Positions 1 to 8,644 of a stretch of DNA of 24,836 nucleotides are shown piece by piece. Every line of letters begins with the position of its first letter. Positions within the stretch are counted from its first letter, which is position 1. Made by a program: the position numbers and the translations under genes. Source of the stretch: a virus (taxonomy: Duplodnaviria; Caudoviricetes). The stretch lies in IMG/VR virus record IMGVR_UViG_3300049479_000063, positions 1-24,836 of that record; one strand, given 5' to 3'. The notes beneath the pieces are model-generated. The model did not search any database. It saw only the letters and a list, made by a program, of their open reading frames with translations, and was not told the DNA's origin.

Positions 1-1
1 A

Positions 2-511
2 TTGGAGTTCAAGCGCAACCACGAACAGCAGCAGCTTGAGTCGCAAGGTAAGTATCAAGAGGCGCGACAAGCTCTGGAGCAGCAGTTCCGTGAGGCGACG
101 GCGGAAAAGGACCAGCGCATCGCAACCCTTGAAGCGCGAGTCCGCGAACTGGAGCTGGTCACACCAGCAGTAACGGCGCTGGCTGACATCGTGCATGACC
201 CCGACATGGTGCTAAAGACCAAACTGAGCGCCGACCAGATTGAACGCGACCCAGACGGCACTGTCGTCGTGGTCGATGGCTATCAACGCACGCCCGTTAG
301 CGAATGGGCCAAGACGCTGCCAGCTTGGATGCAAAAGCAACCTAAGCCGCAAGGTGGCGGTGCCCCTGCTGCTGGTGTAACAACCAACAGCATCCCGCCG
401 GGCATGGCCAATCCGTTCAACAGGGATACATTCAATCTGACAGAACAGGCGCGGCTGTTTCGTACAGACCGTGATTTGTATGAACGTATGAAAGCAACAG
501 CTAACCGCTAA
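2..511 (+). CDS. Capsid scaffolding protein (probably 5'-truncated by the window edge)
   Basis: Coiled-coil N-part (GKYQEARQALEQQFREA), P/G-rich linker, C-terminal NPF..FNLTEQARL helix; directly upstream of the major capsid gene. Confidence 0.8.
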   Translation: MEFKRNHEQQQLESQGKYQEARQALEQQFREATAEKDQRIATLEARVRELELVTPAVTALADIVHDPDMVLKTKLSADQIERDPDGTVVVVDGYQRTPVSEWAKTLPAWMQKQPKPQGGGAPAAGVTTNSIPPGMANPFNRDTFNLTEQARLFRTDRDLYERMKATANR

Positions 512-517
512 GCTATT

Positions 518-553
518 TGCAACCGGCTGCGCTGGTGCATTGGGCTGCGCCCA
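518..553 (+). promoter_or_regulatory. Tandem RNA hairpins with identical GC-UGC-GC apex in the major capsid leader
   Basis: tgca-a-ccggc-TGC-gctgg-tgca (518-539) and tgggc-TGC-gccca (541-553); function inferred only. Confidence 0.5.
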
Positions 554-582
554 CACCGTAAACCATTCCCCCGAGATGAATC

Positions 583-1614
583 ATGGCGACTCTTCGCTCT
601 GACATCATCATCCCAGAGGTTTTTACGCCTTACGTCATTGAGCAAACCACGCAGCGTGATGCCTTCTTGGCTAGCGGTGTGGTTCAGCCCATGGCGGAGC
701 TGAATGCAACTGAGGGTGGTGATTTTATCAACGTCCCTTTCTGGAAAGCCAACCTGACCGGTGATTTCGAGGTGCTGACTGACAGCACTTCGCTGACGCC
801 TGGCAAGATCACTTCTGACAAGCAAGTCGGCGTTATCCTGCACCGTGGCCGTGCCTTTGAGTCACGCGACTTGGCAGCTCTTGCTGCTGGCGCTGACCCC
901 ATGGCTGCTATCGGCGCCAAGATCGCTGATTACGTTGCCAACCAGCGCCAAAAGGACCTTTTGTCCTGCCTCGGCGGTGTGTTCGGCAGCCTAGGTTCTA
1001 CCTCCAGTTCTGCTGCTTTCTTTGGCCTGACCATTGACGGCGAGTCTGGTGATACCCCCACCACGCTGAGCCCCCGTCACGTTGCCGAAGCCCGCAGCCT
1101 GCTGGGTGATCAAGGCGACAAGCTGGCCGCTGTTGCCATGCACTCCAAGGTCTATTACGACCTGGTTGAGCGCAAGGCGATCGACTATGTGACCGAGACA
1201 GACGCACGTCTGACCTCTAGCGTCACTGACTTTGTCGGCGGCAGCATTGCTGGTGCCTACGGCCCCGTGAGCGTGCCGACCTACATGGGTCTGCGCGTGA
1301 TCGTGTCTGACGATGTGCAGACCGACGGCAGCGGCAGCTCGACTGAGTACGCCACCTACTTCTTCACCCAGGGTGCTGTTGCTTCCGGCGAACAGCTGGC
1401 AATGCAGACCGAAACCGATCGTGACATCCTCGCCAAGAGCGATGCCATGTCGATCGACCTGCACTATTGCTACCACCCCGTTGGTGCCAAGTGGGGCGTG
1501 ACTACCGTCAACCCGACCCGCGCTCAGCTCGAGACGGTTGGCAACTGGTCGAAGGTGTACGAGCTGAAGAACCTCGGCATCGTGCGCGCCACCAACACCT
1601 CTAACTTCGATTGA
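583..1614 (+). CDS. Major capsid protein (HK97-fold coat protein)
   Basis: 343 aa; DIIIPEVFTPYV start, GGDFINVPFW, DLAALAAGADPM, YMGLRVIVSDD and ETDRDILAK motifs typical of a coat-protein family; strongly biased codon use; follows scaffold. Confidence 0.93.
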   Translation: MATLRSDIIIPEVFTPYVIEQTTQRDAFLASGVVQPMAELNATEGGDFINVPFWKANLTGDFEVLTDSTSLTPGKITSDKQVGVILHRGRAFESRDLAALAAGADPMAAIGAKIADYVANQRQKDLLSCLGGVFGSLGSTSSSAAFFGLTIDGESGDTPTTLSPRHVAEARSLLGDQGDKLAAVAMHSKVYYDLVERKAIDYVTETDARLTSSVTDFVGGSIAGAYGPVSVPTYMGLRVIVSDDVQTDGSGSSTEYATYFFTQGAVASGEQLAMQTETDRDILAKSDAMSIDLHYCYHPVGAKWGVTTVNPTRAQLETVGNWSKVYELKNLGIVRATNTSNFD

Positions 1615-1625
1615 GGTAACTAACC

Positions 1626-2024
1626 ATGGCACAACCTTCCCAGTTTGAACTGTCTACAGAGCAGTATCTTGAAGCCACTTTTTACGGGGCATCCTCGATT
1701 GCCGACGTGCAATTCTGGACTGCTCCCGTTAAGTGTGAAGTGGTGGCAGTGCGTGAAGTTCACGCAACTGCCGGTAGCGATGGCAGCGCCGTAACCGGCA
1801 CCGTCCGTCGTTGCCAAGGCACTGAAGCCGCCACCGCTGGCGACGATCTGCTGAGCGCCACCATCAACTTCAAAGGCACTGCTCTTACCGAGCAGACTCC
1901 TGCCTTGACCACGACTGCTGCTGACCTCGTTCTTGAGGTTGGCAACCGGCTGTCGCTGGACGTGACAGGTACTACCACCGCCTTGGCTGGTGTGATCCTG
2001 ACCGTGCTGCTTAAGCGCGTCTGA
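1626..2024 (+). CDS. Putative capsid decoration/cement protein
   Basis: 132 aa, T/A/V-rich beta-type composition; GAGG upstream; lies between the capsid gene and the terminator, so probably highly expressed. Confidence 0.6.
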   Translation: MAQPSQFELSTEQYLEATFYGASSIADVQFWTAPVKCEVVAVREVHATAGSDGSAVTGTVRRCQGTEAATAGDDLLSATINFKGTALTEQTPALTTTAADLVLEVGNRLSLDVTGTTTALAGVILTVLLKRV

Positions 2025-2215
2025 TGGGGCTGTTCGCTTTCCGGCGACTGCGTGAAGCCGAGGCTGCCTCTTCGGAGGTGGCCTCTCTTTCTATGCCAGA
2101 GCCTAAACTAGACATACCGGAGGTGCCCACGGATGCCAATAGCAATCGACGCAACAGTGGGCGGCGCAAACGCCAACAGCTACCTGACGCTAGCAGCAGC
2201 GCAAGCGATCATTGA
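2024..2215 (+). CDS. Small hypothetical protein (MGLFAFRR...)
   Basis: ATG overlaps the upstream stop (TGATG); N-terminus resembles a small ORF I recall at this position in cyanophages; overlaps the next gene by 83 nt. Confidence 0.5.
   Translation: MGLFAFRRLREAEAASSEVASLSMPEPKLDIPEVPTDANSNRRNSGRRKRQQLPDASSSASDH
2060..2092 (+). terminator. Intrinsic terminator ending the capsid transcript
   Basis: GAGGCTGCCTC-TTCG-GAGGTGGCCTC: 11-bp stem (two G-U pairs), C(UUCG)G tetraloop, followed by TCTTTCT. Confidence 0.75.
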
Positions 2216-2696
2216 CGGCTTTGTGCAGGATGCTGATGTCACAGCATGGGCATCGGCTACCACTGACCAAAAGAACCGGGCACTCTTTACCGCGACGCAA
2301 CGGCTAGACCGCGAGCGGTTCCGTGGCGCACGGGCGACCGATACGCAGGCGCTGCAGTGGCCGCGTACTGGCGTGCGCAAGCCTGACACTTACATCAACA
2401 CCTATGCGGTTGGATTCCCGTTTCGCATTACTACTGATTATTTCACTGATACCGAAATTCCAACGCAAATTCAGTACGCGCAAACCGTGCTAGCGGTATT
2501 CCTCCATAACAACACCAGCGCGCTTGGGCTAAGCGGGCTTGAGGACTACAAGAACGTAAAGATCGGCAGCCTTGACGTGACGCCTAATCTTGGCTATGGC
2601 GCCGTTGGCGCTGATAAGGTGCCACCGCTGATGGAGCGTTACCTGACAGGGCTTAGAATAAGTGGACCTGGTAACGTTGCAATTCGCCGGAGCTAA
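2133..2696 (+). CDS. Head-tail adaptor (ANSY-type, often annotated DnaT-like)
   Basis: GANANSYLTLA, RAL..ATQRLD, QALQWPR motifs; GGAGG RBS at 2119-2123; synteny after the capsid genes. Confidence 0.8.
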   Translation: MPIAIDATVGGANANSYLTLAAAQAIIDGFVQDADVTAWASATTDQKNRALFTATQRLDRERFRGARATDTQALQWPRTGVRKPDTYINTYAVGFPFRITTDYFTDTEIPTQIQYAQTVLAVFLHNNTSALGLSGLEDYKNVKIGSLDVTPNLGYGAVGADKVPPLMERYLTGLRISGPGNVAIRRS

Positions 2697-2698
2697 TC

Positions 2699-3262
2699 AT
2701 GCCTGATCTTATTTCTCCTGCCGGCGGTGACATTGGCCTACAGCGTAGGTCTGACGGCAGTTATGCAAGCCTTGTGGCAGGCGGCGCCTACCGCACTACT
2801 GCCACTATTACCCGTCCATCTAACACCACCGCCTACACCGCTGGCGACGTGGTTGGGGATACCGGCGGCAGTGCAATCATCAGCCTGACCGCTGCTGGCC
2901 CAAGTGGGGGCTTTGTGCTAATCCAGAGCCTGTCGTTGGTGCTTAGCGACAGCACGGTGCCCAGCGGCATGGGCGCGTTCCGGGTTCACTTGTACTCCGC
3001 CAGCCCTACCGCCATCGCGGACAACGCCCCCTTTGACCTGGTCAGTGGTGAGCGGGCCAGCTACTTGGGCTTTGTTGACCTGGCGGCCCCCCAAGACCTC
3101 GGCAGCACCATCTACACGCAGGTCGATTACCCCGGTCGTCTGGTCAAGCTGGCCGCTGCTAGCACCAGTTTGTTTGCTGAGATCGAAACCCGTGGTGCAT
3201 ATACCCCGGTAAGCGCAAGCACTGTTGAACTCAGGGTCAACACCCTGGAGGCTGGACTCTGA
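2699..3262 (+). CDS. Hypothetical virion protein
   Basis: 187 aa ORF in operon; TRPSNTTAYTAGDVVG motif; TGATG coupling to the next gene. Confidence 0.6.
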   Translation: MPDLISPAGGDIGLQRRSDGSYASLVAGGAYRTTATITRPSNTTAYTAGDVVGDTGGSAIISLTAAGPSGGFVLIQSLSLVLSDSTVPSGMGAFRVHLYSASPTAIADNAPFDLVSGERASYLGFVDLAAPQDLGSTIYTQVDYPGRLVKLAAASTSLFAEIETRGAYTPVSASTVELRVNTLEAGL

Positions 3263-5109
3263 TGCGAGGCTCTGCAGCGTTCCGGGCAGCAGTAGCACCT
3301 GGTGGCGTACTAGCTGGCCCATGGGTCAAGAATGAACTATGGCGTCGTGCGCGTGCAGTGCCGTCACTGGATCTGCGCTTTGCTGATGACAAGAGCCTGA
3401 CGGATGCAGTTACTGGGCAGCAGCTCGTCACCTTCACCCGCGCCAGCAGCGGCACGTACGTGGGCAGCGACGGGCTGATCAAGACCGCGACGACGAATTT
3501 GTTGCTAAGGAGTGAGGAGTTTGGAACACACTGGACGTTGGTCACTGGAACCATTTCGACAGACTCAGCAACATCTCCGAATGGTTCAGTTACAGCAGAC
3601 AAGTTAATTGCTACAAATGGTGGACCCAGTGGGCAAGTCGTCCAAGGCGTCACGATTGCTTCTGGCGCAACAGTTACAGGGTCTGTTTATATAAGAGCTG
3701 GTGGATTTGATAGAGTTGAGCTGGTCCTTCTCTCGAATAACAACACCACGCCATACGCTCGCGCAACTTTTGACCCAAGCATTGGAACAATCACAACAGC
3801 GGTAACAACTGCAAATGGTGGAACAAATGCCTCTGCTTCGGTAGTAAGTGCAGGAAATGGCTGGTATAGATGTGTTGTCACGGTTACCTACCCTGCGGTT
3901 ACTGCCGCCGGTATCCGGTTACATATCATTAACTCTGACGCGGGCAACGGCGATGGTGTCAAAGGAGTGTTCCTCTGGGGCGCCCAACTAGAGCAGTCCA
4001 GCACGGTGGGCGAGTACATCCCCACCACCAGCACGATCAACAGCGCCCCACGGTTCGACCACAACCCCACGACCGGCGAAAGCCTTGGCCTGCTGGTGGA
4101 GGAGCAGAGGACGAACTTCTTGTTGCAGTCGGAAGATTTGTTAACTACATGGACCGCAAATGATGGATTGGTTCGTACTGCAAATCAAATAGTGTCACCT
4201 GCCGGGTCTGTAACTGCTGACCGGCTGGCTAGCGGCGGCACACAAATAGGATATTTGGAACAGCCAAATGCTTCATCTAATCAATTTGTAAGTGGCACAA
4301 CTTACACTTATTCTGTTTACCTTAAAAAAGCAAATACATCCACCTGTTTAACCTTGTTATTTGGAACTACGTTTAATTCTGGTGGTGGCAATCCAGTTGC
4401 TACATGGAACCTGGACACTGGTGTTCCTGCATTTACAAATGGAGCTACTGGCTCAATGACAGCAGTGGGCGACGGTTGGTATAGGTGTGTCATGACGGAT
4501 ACTGCTACTCAAACACATACTCAAAACCAACAGTGGCTGCGAATGCCATCCACTAGCGGGGATGTCTACGTCTGGGGCGCCCAACTAGAAGCCGGGGCCT
4601 TCCCCACGTCGTACATTTCCACCACCACCGCCACGGTCACCCGCAGTGCAGACGTGCCCAGCATCACCGGCACGGCGTTCAGCTCCTGGTACCGGCAGGA
4701 TGAGGGGACGGTGTTTGAGGAGTGCGCTGGAGTTCCTGCAAGCAGCACTATTTACAACTTCCACGACGGCACTGCAAACAATCGAATTATTGCCGGTTAC
4801 TCTAGTGATACGAATATCCAATGGCGTGTAAACAATGGCGGTGTTGATCAGTGGAACTCAGTACAAGGAAATGCCATTGCAAGTCGCGCTGCTCTGCGGC
4901 ACATTCTTGGATATAAGGCTGACAATTTTGCCGGATCCGCAAATGGCGGTGCGTTACAGATAGACACCTCTGGCACAGTGCCTACAACAAGTTCGCTTGC
5001 TATTGGCATGAATGTTGCCAGCGTTGGCCAACTCAACGGCACCATCAAGCGCCTCGCGTTCTTCCCCCAGCGCCTCCCCGACAGCACCCTCCAGGCGATC
5101 ACGCAATGA
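3262..5109 (+). CDS. Head/neck spike-fibre protein with two carbohydrate-binding-like domains and a C-terminal lectin-like domain
   Basis: PSLDLRFA, TFTRASSGTY, APRFDHNPTTGESLGLLVEEQRTN, WGAQLE twice, GAFPTSYI..T.ATVTRSAD motifs. Confidence 0.75.
   Translation: MRGSAAFRAAVAPGGVLAGPWVKNELWRRARAVPSLDLRFADDKSLTDAVTGQQLVTFTRASSGTYVGSDGLIKTATTNLLLRSEEFGTHWTLVTGTISTDSATSPNGSVTADKLIATNGGPSGQVVQGVTIASGATVTGSVYIRAGGFDRVELVLLSNNNTTPYARATFDPSIGTITTAVTTANGGTNASASVVSAGNGWYRCVVTVTYPAVTAAGIRLHIINSDAGNGDGVKGVFLWGAQLEQSSTVGEYIPTTSTINSAPRFDHNPTTGESLGLLVEEQRTNFLLQSEDLLTTWTANDGLVRTANQIVSPAGSVTADRLASGGTQIGYLEQPNASSNQFVSGTTYTYSVYLKKANTSTCLTLLFGTTFNSGGGNPVATWNLDTGVPAFTNGATGSMTAVGDGWYRCVMTDTATQTHTQNQQWLRMPSTSGDVYVWGAQLEAGAFPTSYISTTTATVTRSADVPSITGTAFSSWYRQDEGTVFEECAGVPASSTIYNFHDGTANNRIIAGYSSDTNIQWRVNNGGVDQWNSVQGNAIASRAALRHILGYKADNFAGSANGGALQIDTSGTVPTTSSLAIGMNVASVGQLNGTIKRLAFFPQRLPDSTLQAITQ
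3974..4589 (+). repeat. 19-nt exact in-frame direct repeat TCTGGGGCGCCCAACTAGA (3974-3992 and 4571-4589)
   Basis: Seen directly; 597 nt (199 codons) apart; encodes WGAQLE at the end of each duplicated domain. Confidence 0.9.
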
Positions 5110-5402
5110 CGCACTACCTTCGCTTCCCCGACGAGCCCACCGGCATGGCCGCCCTAGATGCTGCTGGCTTCACTACCACCAATGACGACGGCGACACCGT
5201 GGTCCTCACCGCCAGCCACACGCACGCGCTGGACGTGATCGGCCCCATCTACAAAGGCGGCACCTACGACCCCGACACCGGCGAGGTAATCACCCCACCC
5301 GTGCTGCTGAGCGGCTGGCACGTCAACTACATCGGTGACTTGCCTGAGGGGTGGGCAGAGTATGCGGTGAGCCCTGAGCAGCCGGTTAGAGTCTGGCTAT
5401 GA
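5106..5402 (+). CDS. Small fibre-associated protein
   Basis: 98 aa; ATGA overlap with fibre gene; LDVIGPIY...GWHVN...P..P.RVW pattern seen in proteins following such fibres. Confidence 0.65.
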   Translation: MTHYLRFPDEPTGMAALDAAGFTTTNDDGDTVVLTASHTHALDVIGPIYKGGTYDPDTGEVITPPVLLSGWHVNYIGDLPEGWAEYAVSPEQPVRVWL

Positions 5403-5740
5403 GCGTTCAACCCGGCCAGCACAATATCGCCATCCAGCGACGGGCTGATTATGACCTGTCGCTGCAGTTCAAAGATTCCAACAATGCCAATATCAATCTG
5501 ACCGGCTGGACTGCTTACGCGCAAGTGTGGAATGAAGGCCGCACCACCAAATATGCTGACTTTGCTGTTACCTACACCAACCGCTCTGCTGGGCAAATCA
5601 GCATTGCATTGACCGATACGCAGACTGCAGGCTTTCCCAATGAAGCCTATTACGATGTTTTGCTGGAAGACTCCAGCGGCTTGCGCAACTATTACCTAGA
5701 AGGCATCGTATTCGTCTCGGAGGGCTACACAGCACCATGA
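5399..5740 (+). CDS. Hypothetical structural protein (BppU-N/LtfC-like adaptor)
   Basis: PGQHNIAIQRRAD, INLTGWTAYAQVW, GQISIALTDTQT, YYDVLL...YYLEG pattern. Confidence 0.6.
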   Translation: MSVQPGQHNIAIQRRADYDLSLQFKDSNNANINLTGWTAYAQVWNEGRTTKYADFAVTYTNRSAGQISIALTDTQTAGFPNEAYYDVLLEDSSGLRNYYLEGIVFVSEGYTAP

Positions 5741-6267
5741 CATCCGTAATCGTCAACGAGGCTACCAACACAGTTACTGTTACCACGCCAGGCCCTGCAG
5801 GCCCATCTGGCGCAGCTGCAATTATGGTGCGCGGCCAAGCCAGCAAGATGGATAGCGGCACCATTGACATAGTTGCGCAGGGCGTATATGTCACCACCGG
5901 ATTGACTGCAACGCTTGACGCCAGTACTGTCAACGGCATGACGCTTGGCACAACACATGCCTTTGCATTGAAAAACACCAGCGGTAGCACAAAGCTGCTG
6001 CGTTTTTATGGCAGCATCGACGCCAAGACCGTCAGCGGCAACAACAAAGTGCTCGGCATCAAGCTGGCCAAGAACGGCACCGCCATAGATCAAACCGAAT
6101 GCCGCGCCTTTACCGGCTTGGGCAACGAGGAAGCCAAGTTGGTCACCAACTGGATGATCAGCATGGCCGCTAACGATGAAGTAGCACTGTTCATCGCCAA
6201 CCACAGCAGCAACGTTGACATCACCTTTAGTCGCGGCAGGATTGTTGCCAGCGAGGTGTTTGCATGA
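5737..6267 (+). CDS. Hypothetical structural protein with short collagen-like stretch
   Basis: 176 aa; VTVTTPGPAGPSG N-terminus followed by a beta-rich domain; ATGA coupling on both sides. Confidence 0.6.
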   Translation: MTSVIVNEATNTVTVTTPGPAGPSGAAAIMVRGQASKMDSGTIDIVAQGVYVTTGLTATLDASTVNGMTLGTTHAFALKNTSGSTKLLRFYGSIDAKTVSGNNKVLGIKLAKNGTAIDQTECRAFTGLGNEEAKLVTNWMISMAANDEVALFIANHSSNVDITFSRGRIVASEVFA

Positions 6268-6620
6268 CACTAGCCAGCCCTTTACGCAAGGTTGCCAGCA
6301 AGTTGATGGCAAAGTTTGGCGGTGTTGCAACACTACGCCGCGTCACGCCTGGCATCTACAACCCAACTACTGGCACCGTCAGCGAAACCACCAGCGATAC
6401 CGCATTGCGTGGCGTGTTGGAAGATGTAAACCTGCGTGAAGTCAACGGCCTTATCCAAGCTGGCGACAAGCGGCTGACTATTGCAGCAGCAGATACCGCA
6501 GCAGCACCAACCACCGCTGATCGCGTCATCATTAGCACCCGTAGCTTGCAGGTAATTGAGGTGCGCACTATCGAGCAAGACAACCAGCCAATCACCTACG
6601 AGCTAATCCTGAGGGACTGA
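6264..6620 (+). CDS. Head closure / head-tail joining protein
   Basis: KFG..ATLRRVT.G.YNPTTG, LIQAGDKRLTI motifs; precedes the tail completion gene. Confidence 0.75.
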   Translation: MTLASPLRKVASKLMAKFGGVATLRRVTPGIYNPTTGTVSETTSDTALRGVLEDVNLREVNGLIQAGDKRLTIAAADTAAAPTTADRVIISTRSLQVIEVRTIEQDNQPITYELILRD

Positions 6621-7018
6621 TGGCACGCACTATCCGCGTTGGTGATATTGGCGATTACGTGAACCAGCAGATGGAAAAGTTACTGCGGGTTGCTGTGTTA
6701 GAGACTGACTCAAGAGTCAAACAGGCAAGCCCTGTCGATACTGGAAGGTTTCGCGTTAGTTGGCAGGTAGGGGAGAATGCAGCGCCAGGCGGGGAGAAAC
6801 CTGCGGGGACCTACAGCGGCACTCCGCAGATTGAACGCATCGGCTACCAGCAAGAAAATCTCGGTAACGTGTACAGCGTGCACAACAATCTGCCGTATGC
6901 AGAGCCTCTTGCCAATGGCAGCAGCAAAAAAGCGCCGGCGGGGTGGGTGCAAGGCATCGCCAAAGACATCCAAGGCTTTGTGCACGTCAACGCTGACCGC
7001 ATCGGACGCGAATCATGA
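6620..7018 (+). CDS. Tail completion/neck protein (HK97 gp10-like)
   Basis: SPVDTGRFRVSWQV, NNLPYAEPLANGSSKKAPAGWV motifs. Confidence 0.85.
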   Translation: MARTIRVGDIGDYVNQQMEKLLRVAVLETDSRVKQASPVDTGRFRVSWQVGENAAPGGEKPAGTYSGTPQIERIGYQQENLGNVYSVHNNLPYAEPLANGSSKKAPAGWVQGIAKDIQGFVHVNADRIGRES

Positions 7019-7437
7019 GTAGCACCATCAACGACGTCCGCGCTGCCATTGAAGGCCGCATTGCTACACAGATGGCGATTGCGCCGGCATATCCGGTGAG
7101 CTATCAGAACGTGCCATTTACGCCGCCAAACAATGCACCATGGCTGCAGGCATTCATCCGCTTTGGCGACAACGCCTATGCCACGCTGTTGCCGACTGGT
7201 GGCGTTGGCTTCAACCGCCAGACTGGCACGCTGGTGGTCAATGTCTTTACGCCGCAGGGTCAAGGCACTGCTGCTAATTTCACCATTGCAGAGCGGCTAA
7301 AGGATTTGTTTGATCGCGCCAAGTTTTCAAGCATTATCTTTGATGCAGCCTCGGGGCCAGCGCAAGTAACGCCAGCAGCGCCTGAGCCTTACTTTCAAAC
7401 CCAGCTAACTGCTACGTTTGAAGCGTATCTAGACTAA
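7015..7437 (+). CDS. Tail terminator protein
   Basis: 140 aa; NVPFTPP...PW, G.LVVNVFTPQGQG; immediately before the tail tube. Confidence 0.75.
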   Translation: MSSTINDVRAAIEGRIATQMAIAPAYPVSYQNVPFTPPNNAPWLQAFIRFGDNAYATLLPTGGVGFNRQTGTLVVNVFTPQGQGTAANFTIAERLKDLFDRAKFSSIIFDAASGPAQVTPAAPEPYFQTQLTATFEAYLD

Positions 7438-7460
7438 CGGTAGCCACTACCGTTCACAAC

Positions 7461-8219
7461 ATGGCTGTTACTGTTCTGTCCGGTACGTCCGGCGCCCTCT
7501 ACTACAAACCCGCCGGCACTAACGGCAACTTCCCCGAGTCTGGCGTTAATGCCAGCACGGATGTTATCACCATCGCCACCTACTTGAATTTCAAGGCTGG
7601 CGATCCGGTCAAGTTCCGCGTCATCAACAGCCAGACCGGCGGCTCCGGCACTGGCACGCTGCCCTCGCCCATCGATGCAGCCACCACTTACTACGTCCTC
7701 AGCTACACAGCTGCGACTGGTGCGCTGACCGTCTCCACGTCCGCTGGTGGCACCATCCTTGCCATCACCGACGATGGCACCGCAGTGGCACCCAACGAGT
7801 TTGAGGTGTACTACGCCGATTTCGCTGCCGTTGGGCAAGTGCAATCCTGGTCTTTTGAGATCAGCCGCGCTGAGATTGATGTGACCACTATCGGCCAAGC
7901 CGCTGGGCAGTATGCACCCTTCCGTGCCTACATCCCTGGCTTTGCCGACGGCAATGGCACTGCCACCGTCTACGTGACCAACGAAGACGCTGCACTGTCT
8001 AACCGCATGGTGGAAGACGTGCTGCAGCGTCAGCAGGTGGGCTGCGCCTTCAAGCTGTACACCGACAAGCAGGGGACTGAGGCGCTGAGCCGCAGTATTG
8101 CCATGGATGCAGTGCTGACCTCGGCCAGCCTAAACGTCAACCCTGACGATGCCCAGCAGGTGGAAATTGCCTTCCGTCCGGCTGGCGTGCCAACGTTTGA
8201 TTTCAGCACCAGCGCCTGA
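7461..8219 (+). CDS. Major tail tube protein
   Basis: LSGTSGALYYKPAG, VGQVQSWSFEISRAEIDVTTIG, YIPGFADG motifs; biased codons; followed by a terminator and the chaperone. Confidence 0.85.
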   Translation: MAVTVLSGTSGALYYKPAGTNGNFPESGVNASTDVITIATYLNFKAGDPVKFRVINSQTGGSGTGTLPSPIDAATTYYVLSYTAATGALTVSTSAGGTILAITDDGTAVAPNEFEVYYADFAAVGQVQSWSFEISRAEIDVTTIGQAAGQYAPFRAYIPGFADGNGTATVYVTNEDAALSNRMVEDVLQRQQVGCAFKLYTDKQGTEALSRSIAMDAVLTSASLNVNPDDAQQVEIAFRPAGVPTFDFSTSA

Positions 8220-8229
8220 TAGCAAAATC

Positions 8230-8255
8230 GCCCCGGCTTGCGCTGGGGCTTTTTT
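8230..8255 (+). terminator. Rho-independent terminator after tail tube
   Basis: GCCCCGGC-TTGC-GCTGGGGC stem-loop followed by TTTTTT. Confidence 0.9.
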
Positions 8256-8287
8256 GTGCTTAGAGTACACCTAACTCATCAACTTTT

Positions 8288-8644
8288 ATGGGATCCGCGC
8301 TTGCACGCCTCAAGAAAGCAGCCAACCTGACGCCAACCAAACGGGTTGTAACGCTAACCGATGGCAGTGTGTTTGAGTTTTACTCCGCGCCATTGACCAT
8401 GGCCGAACGAGAGCGCGCAGAAAGCATGCCTGGCGGCAACAATACCAATGGCTTTGCATTGAACTTGCTAGTTACCAAGGCTATGGACGACACCGGTAAG
8501 CGCTTGTTTGCGGCCGGTGAAATTGCCGAACTAAAGGAAGAAGTGCAGGATGCCGACCTGCAAGGCATGATGCTAGCAATCATCACTAATCCAGAGGATG
8601 CAGAGCAGCTGGACATGAAAAGCATTAAAGAAGGAGCTAAGTAA
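8288..8644 (+). CDS. Tail assembly chaperone (lambda gpG analogue)
   Basis: 118 aa between tail tube and tape measure; PLTMAERERA, KAMDDTGKRLF motifs. Confidence 0.85.
   Translation: MGSALARLKKAANLTPTKRVVTLTDGSVFEFYSAPLTMAERERAESMPGGNNTNGFALNLLVTKAMDDTGKRLFAAGEIAELKEEVQDADLQGMMLAIITNPEDAEQLDMKSIKEGAK

Noticed and set aside
991-1632. 213-aa antisense ORF over the capsid gene, and similar ones at 5725-6333, 10505-11164 and 17671-18177
   Set aside because: They lie opposite well-supported genes and are explained by codon bias.
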